From positions 31,310 through 95,309 of the forward strand of contig CAYQOX010000004.1 of assembly GCA_964419335.1 (NCBI GenBank): DNA of 64,000 bases, read 5' to 3'. A program made the position numbers and the translations under genes. The DNA is from an uncultured bacterium (GTDB lineage: Bacteria > Hinthialibacterota > Hinthialibacteria > Hinthialibacterales > Hinthialibacteraceae). This document shows, in pieces, positions 9,851 through 19,202 of the stretch. Below the pieces are notes generated by a model. It searched no databases and was not told the origin of the DNA. It saw only the letters and a list, made by a program, of their open reading frames with translations. The first letter of the stretch is position 1; each line of letters opens with the position of its first letter.

Positions 9851-10984
9851 TCATCCTTGTGAAACTACGTTTTTGATTTGATTTACATTATACGGGGGGA
9901 TGCCGGTAGACTGCCTTTCCATGAGTTGGGCCCCCAGCATGATGGTTTCTTGAATTTTTTTTGGTTCCTCCAACCGTCTAAGCAATAACTGCAAGGCGCG
10001 TATCCCCATCTCTTGTTTTTCTACGTGCACAGTGGTCAAACTGGGGCGGCAATTCTCGGCTATTGAAACATTATCAATCCCGCAGACACTAACCTCGTCA
10101 GGGATACGATAGCCTTGGTCTTGCAACGCATTCATTGCACCAATCGCAATAAGATCACTCCCACCGACAACGGCTGTAAACTCCATCTTTTGCTCCAATG
10201 CCTTTTGGATCATCTCCCTGCCGCAAGAAGAATTTTTCCCGCCTTTTAGAATGGATACCTCACCCGCAAATTCTTTGTAAAAACCACGCAAGCGATCTTC
10301 ATGCGCGATATTGTCCGCTTCACCGCTAAGATAAAGCGTTTGTTTATGTCCTAGTTTCACTAAATGACGTGCCAGTAAACGCCCAAATTGGCTTTGTTCC
10401 GAGGTCACCGTATCGAAAGGATAATCATCATTGCGATAATTGAGAAAAACGCACGGCATATAAATCTGCATCATATAATCTAAAAATGCCTTGGGCATTT
10501 GTCCCGCGATAATCAACCCCGAAAGTTGGCGTAACAAGGCTTGCTGTTCCAAAGGGCATTGTTCAGATTGAAGATCCTCTCCCTTGATGAAGGCTAAATG
10601 CACATGCTGTTTTTGCGCCTCGTGGGTTACTCCCATCAGGACTTGAGAATAAAACGGATCCTCATCGATGTAGCGTTCCGGCCGCAGGGCAAAACCGATC
10701 GAGCGATCGATACTTTTCCGCATCGATTCCTTGGCGACAATGAAAGTCCCTCGCCCCCGCACCGCTTCCACCAATCCTAATTGGCTCAGCTGTTCGATCG
10801 ATTTCCTCACAGTCATTCGACTCAATCCCGTGATTTGGCAAATTTCATTCTCTGTGGGAAGAAATTCACCTATTTGCACTTCCTCGCTCTGGATAATATT
10901 CACCATCTGATCACAAAGTTGGCGATAGGTGGGAATCGGGGAATATCGATCTATTTGTATTGAAAACTTTGATAAATCTTTCAA
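9851..10984 (-). CDS. Transcriptional regulator with a GntR-type wHTH fused to a LacI/periplasmic-binding-protein-like sugar-binding domain (AraR-like architecture)
   Basis: The N-terminus has a GntR HTH (LPTENEICQITGLSRMTVRKSIEQL). The C-terminal 280 aa have a PBP type-1 fold pattern. Confidence 0.65.
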   Translation of the reverse strand: MKDLSKFSIQIDRYSPIPTYRQLCDQMVNIIQSEEVQIGEFLPTENEICQITGLSRMTVRKSIEQLSQLGLVEAVRGRGTFIVAKESMRKSIDRSIGFALRPERYIDEDPFYSQVLMGVTHEAQKQHVHLAFIKGEDLQSEQCPLEQQALLRQLSGLIIAGQMPKAFLDYMMQIYMPCVFLNYRNDDYPFDTVTSEQSQFGRLLARHLVKLGHKQTLYLSGEADNIAHEDRLRGFYKEFAGEVSILKGGKNSSCGREMIQKALEQKMEFTAVVGGSDLIAIGAMNALQDQGYRIPDEVSVCGIDNVSIAENCRPSLTTVHVEKQEMGIRALQLLLRRLEEPKKIQETIMLGAQLMERQSTGIPPYNVNQIKNVVSQG

Positions 10985-11159
10985 AACTTCGCCTCTCTAT
11001 TAGAAACGTTCAACCGTATACTTTCTATCTTTGATACCATATACAAACTGTTATGTCAAGCAACCTCCTCATACAGAAAAATACAAATTAACTTTTGACA
11101 CCTCTATGAATTACTCAATGATTCCCGTAAATTTTATAAAAAATTTCTATGATGAATGC

Positions 11160-11188
11160 TTGACATTCAATCGAACATATTATATGGT
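11160..11188 (+). promoter_or_regulatory. Candidate sigma70-like promoter for the secreted repeat-protein gene (TTGACA-N17-TATGGT)
   Basis: There is TTGACA at 11160-11165 and a -10-like hexamer 17 nt downstream, in an AT-rich intergenic region. Confidence 0.25.
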
Positions 11189-11293
11189 CGAAGAGATATG
11201 ACCTTTTGTATATACATTTATTGGATAATGATCTTGTCATCGATGTTCATTCAGTCTCTCTGAATGAAAAATTATAAACAGGAGGAAGAGTGT

Positions 11294-13123
11294 ATGAATA
11301 GGAAATGGATAGGGTACATATTCTTAGGAATGGTCCTTGCGTTGCCTGGAGCAGCTCAAGACATTGAAATGTTCTTTGGGTCAGACGTACTTGAAGAAAC
11401 AACCGATGAGTACGGCAATACGTATGTGACCACACCTGTGGATGCGGTTATTCCCCTGCCTGAGGGTTTTGGAGAGTCACCGGAACTGGAACTGGAAGGA
11501 CTCATAGTTGATCCCGCCTATATTTATGAGACCTACACCGATGATGCAGGAAATTCCTACACCACAGTAGCGCAGGATGATTCCCTTTCACCAGAAGAAG
11601 TCTTCGTTGAAGGGGGACCCGACGATGATAACTTATGGAATCTTCGTGGCGCCGCTATGCCGGATATGGGAGTTCTAGAATCGTACGCACCCTCAGAGAC
11701 CGAAGACGCACCCCCAGTGCAAACCACAGTCACCATGGGGGAAGCGGGGACCTACAATGTTTATCTATGGTATGGTGATATCGGCGCAGCGAATCCTGAT
11801 GATGATGCCGATAATCCCACCCCCATCAATGCAGGCCTCGAAGGCGAAGATATGCAAACCTTTTTACAGGCCGATGGGGTATTGATCACGGATGAATACG
11901 GTTGGAATGTTCTCGAAGTCCAGTTAGGAACCGTGACCCTCGAAGCGGGCGAAAGTTTTAGCGTTATTATTGACGATCACTTTGGAGAGGGTGCGCGTTC
12001 CGCCTACCTCGGTCTTCGAATCAGCACTGGCCCCATTTATGATCCCCCGGAGCCTCCATCCTATGATTTCCATCAAGATGATAAGTGGTTAAGTTACACA
12101 GTCGCGGGAGAACGAACACTCTTGCTTTCCAATGGTCCAGGCGCCGATGAAGACGCTCCTGAACTGACGACCGAAATCACTTTAGGACATGCGGGAACCT
12201 ACGAGGTGATTTTCCACTTCATGGATTCCAATAATTTTCCTGATCAAGGTTGGATTCGGGCGGCTCTCGATGATAACGACCCCCAAGATTACGGTGCGGG
12301 ACATCCTGACGCTGTACGTGCCACCGGCGGAACCTCCCCAGCCTATCCTTGGATTGACGGGACCTTTACCGGAGGTATGTTCTGGTACACAGCGGTTATG
12401 GGTACTGTAGAAGCCGAAGCAGGGGATACCATCACCCTGTCGATTGATGACGCTCAAGGCACTGCCGCTGAGCCTTACATCGCTTCGGTCTTTGAAGGCA
12501 TCACCCTTCGTGTACTTGAAGGGGGTCCTCCCATCACAGAAATACGAGTTTCACCAGGCGAATTTGAATGGTTCACCGACAAGAACGGGAATCAATATCG
12601 TACCTGGGCGATGGATGAAGACGCCTATCCGAATTTAGAGGATTGGCTCACCGACCATGCGAGCAGCAGCAGCGATAATAAATGGAATATTCGTGATGAC
12701 CTTGGAATCTTTGGTCCCATCATCGAATCCTTCCCGGGCGGCGGAACCGAAGATGCACCGCCTTTACGCACTACGGTAATTCCTTCTGAAGGGGGAACCT
12801 ATGATGTCTACTATTACTTCGGTGATACCGGTGCATCCGATCCAGAAGAAAACTTGGAACTACCTCATCCCACTTGGGTGTATTTCGAAGGAGAGGATCC
12901 GCAAACCCTCGTGGCCGGGGATGGGGAGTTCGTCGGCTTACACGGATATAACACGTATGAAATTTATCTAGGCCAGATTACGGTTGAAGCCGGAGAAGAG
13001 GTCAATGTGATCATCGACGATGGATTCGAACATGAACTCTCGGTGGATGGTTCACGTTCGGTGTATTGCGGTTTGCTGCTGGAAACGGCTGAGACTTCTG
13101 TCGATGATTGGGAACTTTTCTAA
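11294..13123 (+). CDS. Secreted, highly acidic protein with three internal ~150-aa tandem repeats; function unknown
   Basis: The ATG at 11294 is preceded by GGAGGA at 11281-11286. The signal peptide is MNRKWIGYIFLGMVLALPGAAQ. The repeats carry WN[LI]R, [DE]DAPP..TT[VI]..G.AGTY.V....GD and [VL]EAG[ED]..[VL]IIDD.F...S.Y.GL blocks. The ORF track starts the ORF at 11264. Confidence 0.6.
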   Translation: MNRKWIGYIFLGMVLALPGAAQDIEMFFGSDVLEETTDEYGNTYVTTPVDAVIPLPEGFGESPELELEGLIVDPAYIYETYTDDAGNSYTTVAQDDSLSPEEVFVEGGPDDDNLWNLRGAAMPDMGVLESYAPSETEDAPPVQTTVTMGEAGTYNVYLWYGDIGAANPDDDADNPTPINAGLEGEDMQTFLQADGVLITDEYGWNVLEVQLGTVTLEAGESFSVIIDDHFGEGARSAYLGLRISTGPIYDPPEPPSYDFHQDDKWLSYTVAGERTLLLSNGPGADEDAPELTTEITLGHAGTYEVIFHFMDSNNFPDQGWIRAALDDNDPQDYGAGHPDAVRATGGTSPAYPWIDGTFTGGMFWYTAVMGTVEAEAGDTITLSIDDAQGTAAEPYIASVFEGITLRVLEGGPPITEIRVSPGEFEWFTDKNGNQYRTWAMDEDAYPNLEDWLTDHASSSSDNKWNIRDDLGIFGPIIESFPGGGTEDAPPLRTTVIPSEGGTYDVYYYFGDTGASDPEENLELPHPTWVYFEGEDPQTLVAGDGEFVGLHGYNTYEIYLGQITVEAGEEVNVIIDDGFEHELSVDGSRSVYCGLLLETAETSVDDWELF

Positions 13124-13179
13124 ATCAGATTTACATATAATCACGCTTTTATAGCGTATTTTACCCCCCCTCTTATATA

Positions 13180-13220
13180 AGAAGCCAGCGGCTCATGAGC
13201 TCGCTGGCTTCCTTTTATTA
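13180..13220 (+). terminator. Rho-independent terminator between convergent genes
   Basis: There is a 10-bp stem (GAAGCCAGCG...CGCTGGCTTC) followed by CTTTTATTATTAT. Confidence 0.6.
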
Positions 13221-13258
13221 TTATGCGTTTTGTGATGTTTCCTCAGGAAAGAAAGTGA

Positions 13259-14503
13259 CTATTTCTTTACTTGAAAAATCCCGACAAGGCCATGGCTGTT
13301 TCCATTTCCCCGTTGCAGCGCCGCTTCTAAATCCCGCAGCAAGAAACCCAATTGCATCTCTAATACATCCGCCCGCACATCATCGGTGTAAAAACATTCC
13401 AGATGCTCTACCATCCCACGAAAGCGATCTACTGTTTTTTGGGCAATCTCGGGAGGATTCTCAAGATTGATTTCTGGAGTGCGATTTTCTCCGTAAATCA
13501 TCATCGCGCATTGAGCAATAACATAATTCCACGCACCGAAAGCGTGCTGGAAAAATGCATTTTCCCGCTGTAACTGCTCATGGGGATGATAATCAATCAG
13601 CAACTCGGTTAAATCGGTTCGTTGGCTACGTTCGAACAACGAATTGACCGTTTGCCGCATAATCTTTGAATGCTTATTATAATCGCCAGTATCCATGTGC
13701 CTGCCGATAAAGACAGAGCGATCAAAAAAGCCTTGTACATCTAAAGTATTACCGGTTTGGCGACACACCTCTTCGATGACATATTTCTTTACTTCGTCCT
13801 GGGTCACGAGACGCAAATGCAAGGGGCTCAGTTCTACCTTGTCTCGTTCCTCGGGTGGATAAATGTAGGAAATGTAGTATTCCATCCATTGTTCTTGGGA
13901 TAGATCATCATCCCAAAGTTCCTGCCACTCGTAGGAATAACGCCCTAGCCAATCACCCAGGATAACAGAACCATCCTCGGCATGATCCATGATATCATTC
14001 AATAAACGTATAGTTTCATCACGATGGAGATGAGATAAGGTTCCATATGATGCGAAGTAGATGTCAAAAGGCTCAGAATCGATCGCGTTGGGGAGCCCTT
14101 GCGAAAGATTGCCTTGGAAAAACTTCATTTTGGGGTCATGTCCCCAACGTTCGGCGTTTTGGTTTAAAAGGTCCTGATTGAGGTCAACACCGGTGTAATT
14201 CTCTACATCTTCGTAAGAAATCACGCGATTACGATTGCATTGCAATTCGTAAGCCTCCGCCGGTATTTCCATGAACATTTCAAATCCATCCCCGCTGCCA
14301 CAACCTAAATCAAGAATCCTCAACCCCCGTCCTTGCTTACGCGCATGTTGCATGCGCTGAGCGACATAGGGTTTCATATATTGACGCGTAAGAGCGTCTT
14401 CCCAATACAAACGAACGTGATCATATTTGGAATAATACGATTTCCCACGGTCATATTTCCCACTGGTGACCGCCTGGGAATACGCATCATTGGATTGACT
14501 CAT
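13259..14503 (-). CDS. Class I SAM-dependent methyltransferase
   Basis: It has SAM-binding motif I (RILDLGCGSGDG). It lies 63 nt downstream of the corrinoid-protein gene. Confidence 0.65.
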   Translation of the reverse strand: MSQSNDAYSQAVTSGKYDRGKSYYSKYDHVRLYWEDALTRQYMKPYVAQRMQHARKQGRGLRILDLGCGSGDGFEMFMEIPAEAYELQCNRNRVISYEDVENYTGVDLNQDLLNQNAERWGHDPKMKFFQGNLSQGLPNAIDSEPFDIYFASYGTLSHLHRDETIRLLNDIMDHAEDGSVILGDWLGRYSYEWQELWDDDLSQEQWMEYYISYIYPPEERDKVELSPLHLRLVTQDEVKKYVIEEVCRQTGNTLDVQGFFDRSVFIGRHMDTGDYNKHSKIMRQTVNSLFERSQRTDLTELLIDYHPHEQLQRENAFFQHAFGAWNYVIAQCAMMIYGENRTPEINLENPPEIAQKTVDRFRGMVEHLECFYTDDVRADVLEMQLGFLLRDLEAALQRGNGNSHGLVGIFQVKK

Positions 14504-14566
14504 AGGGAGATTTTCCTTTTTTTAGTTGTATACTCAATTTTTGGAGCGTATGGAACCCATCGAGCG

Positions 14567-15241
14567 TTAGCTGGCTTTCTCCAATTTCTCGATGGTGTCG
14601 AAGGCATCTTCACAATACATATTGGCGCCAATTTTTTCGGCATATTCCGGTGATACCGGCGCGCCGCCAACGAGAACGACAACCGAGTCACGCAAGCCCT
14701 GATCATTCAATAAATCAATGACTTCTTTCATATGCCCCATGGTGGTCGTCAACAGAGCAGAAAGGCCGAGATATTTGGGTTGGATTTCTTTTACTTTTTC
14801 TACAATCTTATCCGCTTTCACCCCGGTGCCCATATCAACAACTTCGAAACCCGCACCCCGCAGCATGGTAGCCACGATATTCTTTCCAATATCATGCAAG
14901 TCCCCTTCGACGGTGGCTAGAAGAAATTTCCCCTTGCTGTGAATATCCTTCCCTTTAAGGTGCGGTTCTAAAATCCCCATGGCTTCCCCGACACATTCTG
15001 CCGCGGCGAGCATATCAGGAATGAGGTAATCACCATTTTCATACCGGCGTCCCACTTCTTCCATACCGGGATTGAGGGCTTCGTTAAGAATCTCATTCGG
15101 TGGAATGTTCTGATTAATAGCCTCTTCGACTAACTCCATGACCCCCGGCTGTCCTTCCATATCGCCGTCAAAACCTTCGTCTTCTTGATCGATCCGTCCT
15201 AGAATTACGTTTTCTTTTATTTTTTTGAGGAGATCGTTCAT
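14567..15241 (-). CDS. Corrinoid (cobalamin-binding) protein, MtgC/MttC-like
   Basis: It has a B12-binding-2 cap plus a B12-binding domain with DxHxxG (DLHDIG), SALLTTT and GG motifs. Confidence 0.85.
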   Translation of the reverse strand: MNDLLKKIKENVILGRIDQEDEGFDGDMEGQPGVMELVEEAINQNIPPNEILNEALNPGMEEVGRRYENGDYLIPDMLAAAECVGEAMGILEPHLKGKDIHSKGKFLLATVEGDLHDIGKNIVATMLRGAGFEVVDMGTGVKADKIVEKVKEIQPKYLGLSALLTTTMGHMKEVIDLLNDQGLRDSVVVLVGGAPVSPEYAEKIGANMYCEDAFDTIEKLEKAS

Positions 15242-15321
15242 GGTTCTAATCCTTATCCTTATATCCAGTATGTTAATTGTTTACAATTTTCATTTCGTCC
15301 GTTAAAGAGCGTACATGAGGC

Positions 15322-16851
15322 TCATATTTGAAAAGACTCGAAGGGCAACAATCCTTCGATCTTATTATATACCGATTCAACAATCGATTCATGCGGTAGA
15401 TTCGCCGGTTCTTGCCAATACTGTTGTAAGCGATCATACGCCTTTGACAAAACCAGATCCTCTTTCTCGGGGGTCTCAAAAGCATAGGGAGCGGAAACAA
15501 GTCCTTCTTTCCGGGCTTTTCGAATGTAGCGAGCAAAAAGTTGGGTTGAGGAGGCCGTAACCTGACGCACTTCCTCGACCGCTTTTTCCGCTTCCTTCAT
15601 GCCAAACACCGGCTGGCGGATAATCTGGCGCACAATGCCAATATGCTCATCATCTAGCACCGCTTGCAAGGGAGAAAACACATTCGTTTTATCCAGCAAG
15701 CCAAAAGCATAGTGGATATATTGTGCCCCGGCTTGGGCTACCGCCAATTGCGAAAAGACTTTTTCGATTGTCGCCTGCATTCCTGGAACCTTAGCATCCC
15801 CCACGCCCGCGGTGGAATAGCAAGGAACTCCATAGTATTCAGCCATCTGGATGCAATCTTGGTTATAATGAACGAACTCGGGAGCGCCATAAAGATCATG
15901 CAGATTATCCAATCGTGCACGCACCGGTACCGCTCCATAGAGCACCGGAGCCCCGGGATTCACCAATTGCGCCAAAGTGATGCCCGCTAGAATCTCAGCG
16001 TTGATCATTGCGACCATCCCTTCTTCACGGACAGGTGCGGTAGAGCCTCCCTGGGGAGAACTGGAAAGCACCACGGGAGCGCCTTTTTTGGCGATGGCGA
16101 TCATTTTTTCCGTAGTATCGTCCACCATCTGCAAGGGACTTTTGATGATGCAGGTAATGAAGGAAACCAGCGGGCTTTGTATAAAGTTTTCTCGGCCGCC
16201 CGAGATCAATTCAGCAAGCTGTAAAACCGTATCCAGATTTTTTACATCGGTTAATCCCGCCATTACATGCTTTTGCATATAAAGCAGAGAGGCGAAAAAG
16301 ACATTTACATCTTTATTACTTTCATTGATGCCTTCATCCTGAATGTTGACATTACGAATGAAGAAATCAACGTTATCTAAGCGGTTACAAAGTTTTGCTG
16401 ATTTACACAAATTCGCGATATTTCCCCGATTTTCGACATACACGGGAAGTTTACGTACATCGTTAGAGTTTTTGCGATTAACAAATTCTTCCATCTCCGT
16501 ATCGAGGAAGATGTTGGTCTCCGAACCGGTACCAAAATAAACCAAAGGCTCGTTGGCGTTGAGTTTGAGCGTATTCGACTCGTCTCGCGCGCCAAGCAAT
16601 ACTTCATCCGGCGCTTGTCGCACGGCATCATCAACCACATGAGCAGGAATCCGTACTTTCCAGGAATCCTCGCCGGCTGGTTCAACAGAACAGCCGTTTT
16701 GTTGAAACACCTCGACGGCCTTTTTGTTAAAGCAATGCACCCCGGGTTCGCTTAGCATTGCCAGCGAAGCTTTATGAATCGCCTGGACCTGCTCATTCGA
16801 CAACCGTCTAAGCGGTTGAACCAAGGTACCTTTTCTATAGTTTTGTTCCAT
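15322..16851 (-). CDS. MttB-superfamily (trimethylamine methyltransferase family) substrate:corrinoid methyltransferase, non-pyrrolysine type
   Basis: It is 509 aa with MttB-like conserved blocks (GAPVLYGAVP, YYGVPCYSTAGVGDAK). The reading frame is uninterrupted, with no in-frame amber codon. Confidence 0.75.
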   Translation of the reverse strand: MEQNYRKGTLVQPLRRLSNEQVQAIHKASLAMLSEPGVHCFNKKAVEVFQQNGCSVEPAGEDSWKVRIPAHVVDDAVRQAPDEVLLGARDESNTLKLNANEPLVYFGTGSETNIFLDTEMEEFVNRKNSNDVRKLPVYVENRGNIANLCKSAKLCNRLDNVDFFIRNVNIQDEGINESNKDVNVFFASLLYMQKHVMAGLTDVKNLDTVLQLAELISGGRENFIQSPLVSFITCIIKSPLQMVDDTTEKMIAIAKKGAPVVLSSSPQGGSTAPVREEGMVAMINAEILAGITLAQLVNPGAPVLYGAVPVRARLDNLHDLYGAPEFVHYNQDCIQMAEYYGVPCYSTAGVGDAKVPGMQATIEKVFSQLAVAQAGAQYIHYAFGLLDKTNVFSPLQAVLDDEHIGIVRQIIRQPVFGMKEAEKAVEEVRQVTASSTQLFARYIRKARKEGLVSAPYAFETPEKEDLVLSKAYDRLQQYWQEPANLPHESIVESVYNKIEGLLPFESFQI

Positions 16852-16873
16852 TGTTCACTTCTCCGATTGCTAT

Positions 16874-17686
16874 TTACTCTTCAAAAACCCCTTTGCGCGA
16901 CCCCCGGCCAAAACGTCGGCAAAAACGATCCTTGCCCGCGATGAGGGGACCTAACAAAACCGCCTGTTGAATTTCCTTACGGGTAGGATCACAGAAGGCA
17001 GAATCCAATCCACAGGCTAGCGCAGCGATCAAAAAAGCACTATTAATCTTCTGCCGGTGAGGTAATCCATAAGAAAGATTTGATAATCCCACCGTGGTTT
17101 TCACCTTCGGGAATTCTTGCTTAATCGCCTGCACGGTATCAATCACGATGCGTGCGTATTTATGATTCGAAGACAGCGGCATCGTCAAGGCATCAAAGTA
17201 AAGATTCTCTTCCAGAACGCCCATATCGAGTGCTTTTTGTCGAATCGCACGGCAATGTTCTATCCGGTCTTCTTTGGTTTCTGGCATCGATTCTCCATCC
17301 ATCAAGAGAGCAACCACCGGGGCTTTATGCTCTACAGCGATAGGTAAGAGAGAATTCAATATCGAATCCACATTCTTGACCGAGTTAAGAATCCATTCTC
17401 TGCGCCCGGCCAAATGTTGGGCACCTGTGCGAATCACATCCACCGAGGCCGAATCCAGAATCAGCGGTTTGTCGGTCGCGTCTAGGGCAATATCGATAAG
17501 CCAACACATATCCTCCGCTTCTTTTTCGATGTCACCATCTGGATTCCCGGCATTTAAATCGATGTAATGCGCGCCGGCTTCATTCTGATCGTTAATCTGT
17601 TTGCGAATAATTTCTTCATTCTTCTCCGCAATCGCATTGCGGATTGATTTTCGTGTAGCATTGATTTTTTCGCCAAATACAATCAT
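16874..17686 (-). CDS. Pterin-binding methyl-THF:corrinoid methyltransferase (MetH pterin-binding domain / MtgA-like)
   Basis: It aligns to the MetH pterin-binding domain (GEKINATRKSI ~ GERTNVTGSAKF; AGAHYIDLNAG ~ GAQIIDINMD; ILDSASVDVI ~ MIDSSKWDVI). Confidence 0.8.
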   Translation of the reverse strand: MIVFGEKINATRKSIRNAIAEKNEEIIRKQINDQNEAGAHYIDLNAGNPDGDIEKEAEDMCWLIDIALDATDKPLILDSASVDVIRTGAQHLAGRREWILNSVKNVDSILNSLLPIAVEHKAPVVALLMDGESMPETKEDRIEHCRAIRQKALDMGVLEENLYFDALTMPLSSNHKYARIVIDTVQAIKQEFPKVKTTVGLSNLSYGLPHRQKINSAFLIAALACGLDSAFCDPTRKEIQQAVLLGPLIAGKDRFCRRFGRGSRKGVFEE

Positions 17687-17748
17687 GGTTCCTCTATTTT
17701 TATTACTTTTGAACTCGTTTTGCTTGGTAAGATCAATTTAGATTGGTA

Positions 17749-19188
17749 CTATCGAACTTCAGGAAATCGATCTTTAATTTTTTGAGAAAGAAGATCATCG
17801 ATATAGCATGTTTCATTATCTTCTAGAACCTGCTTAACCTGAGAATGGGCTCGATCTTGGGTTGTTAAGGAACCTTGTTGCTCCCATAATTCACGCTTAT
17901 CGCGATTGGTTAATGTGGGAACATAATGTTCCTTCTTGAAGTGGCGCCGTGTGTGTCTAACCGCCACAAAATTCCCTCCCGGGCCTACCTGTTTAATAGT
18001 ATCAAAGGCCAATGTATTTTCATCGACAACAATGCCTTTGACTGCCCGCTTCACCATACCAATAATCTCATCGTCAATGACTAACTTTTCCTTGCTGACA
18101 GTCATGGCAAATTCCATAAGTCCGGCAGCATCATGAATAAAATCACCGCCGCTCAATCCCACCAGCATATTGTTCACGGTTGATTCATAGCCGCATTGGG
18201 CATCCAAGGTTTTGGAATCACTGATCCCTGCGGTGGAATAATACGGAAAGCCATAGTAACGAGCCAACTGTCCCGTAGCGGCATTGATCATTCCACTTTC
18301 TACCGGTCCTCCGAGGTAGCCAACATCGTGCATATTCACAGTGGTAGACACACTCCCATATAAGACTGGAGCCCCTGGATTAGCGAGTTGGGTTACCATG
18401 ATATTAATTAATCCATCACAGTTCTGAATCACCAGGGTTCCTGCCAAGGTGACGGGAGAGGTCGCACCGCAAAGCGGCTCTACCGGCACCGCTGCTGGGA
18501 TCCCCTTGCGTGCCATTTGGATCATGAATTGCCCATATTTACTATCCAACCGTAAAGGGCTAATGCTGCAGGCGATCATCGATATGATCGGCCGCTGGCG
18601 CAAGGCTTCCTCTCCCCCAGCAACCATTTCCGCCATTTCAATGGTCTTGAAAATACCTTCGGAGGTATAAACACCTCCCATAATGGGCTTTTTTGTATAT
18701 TTCATGCCCGCGTAAAACCGGTTCACATCGACGTCTTCTACCGGAATCTCATTGGGATACGTCGGCAGAAGCATAAAATCGATATTATTAAGCCGGTCAG
18801 CCAAACGAATCACATCCATCAAGTCTTGCAGATTGGCTTCACGTTTCTCTTGGGTTTCGTGATCTAGAATAAATAACGCGGTTCCACCGGTACCAAAATA
18901 AGAATGACCGGCACCCAAAGTAATGTTGTATCGATCTTCTCGCCCATAAAGAGTAATTTGATTAGGAGCAGAAGAAATAATTTTTTTAACTAAGTCTTCT
19001 TTGATTCGAACAATACGGTTTTCATCATCGGTTTGGGCACCCGCTTTTTTGAAGAGTTGAAACGCTTCTTCATCTTGAACTTCAAAGCCGACCTCTTCAA
19101 ATACGCGCATGCTGGTTTCATGAATCTGCCGTAAATCATCTTGACTCAGAGGTTCGTACTGAAAACGTTGCTTTGTATGATGTTGCAT
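17749..19188 (-). CDS. MttB-superfamily methyltransferase, second paralog (non-pyrrolysine)
   Basis: It is 479 aa and collinear with the first paralog (GAPVLYGSVS, YYGFPYYSTAGISDSK). The reading frame is uninterrupted. Confidence 0.75.
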   Translation of the reverse strand: MQHHTKQRFQYEPLSQDDLRQIHETSMRVFEEVGFEVQDEEAFQLFKKAGAQTDDENRIVRIKEDLVKKIISSAPNQITLYGREDRYNITLGAGHSYFGTGGTALFILDHETQEKREANLQDLMDVIRLADRLNNIDFMLLPTYPNEIPVEDVDVNRFYAGMKYTKKPIMGGVYTSEGIFKTIEMAEMVAGGEEALRQRPIISMIACSISPLRLDSKYGQFMIQMARKGIPAAVPVEPLCGATSPVTLAGTLVIQNCDGLINIMVTQLANPGAPVLYGSVSTTVNMHDVGYLGGPVESGMINAATGQLARYYGFPYYSTAGISDSKTLDAQCGYESTVNNMLVGLSGGDFIHDAAGLMEFAMTVSKEKLVIDDEIIGMVKRAVKGIVVDENTLAFDTIKQVGPGGNFVAVRHTRRHFKKEHYVPTLTNRDKRELWEQQGSLTTQDRAHSQVKQVLEDNETCYIDDLLSQKIKDRFPEVR

Positions 19189-19202
19189 GAAATTCCTTTC
19201 AC

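Noticed and set aside
15322-19188. Possible pyrrolysine (in-frame UAG) in the two MttB-family genes
   Set aside because: Both reading frames are continuous and full length (509 and 479 aa) with no internal amber codon. They are therefore non-Pyl MttB-superfamily members.
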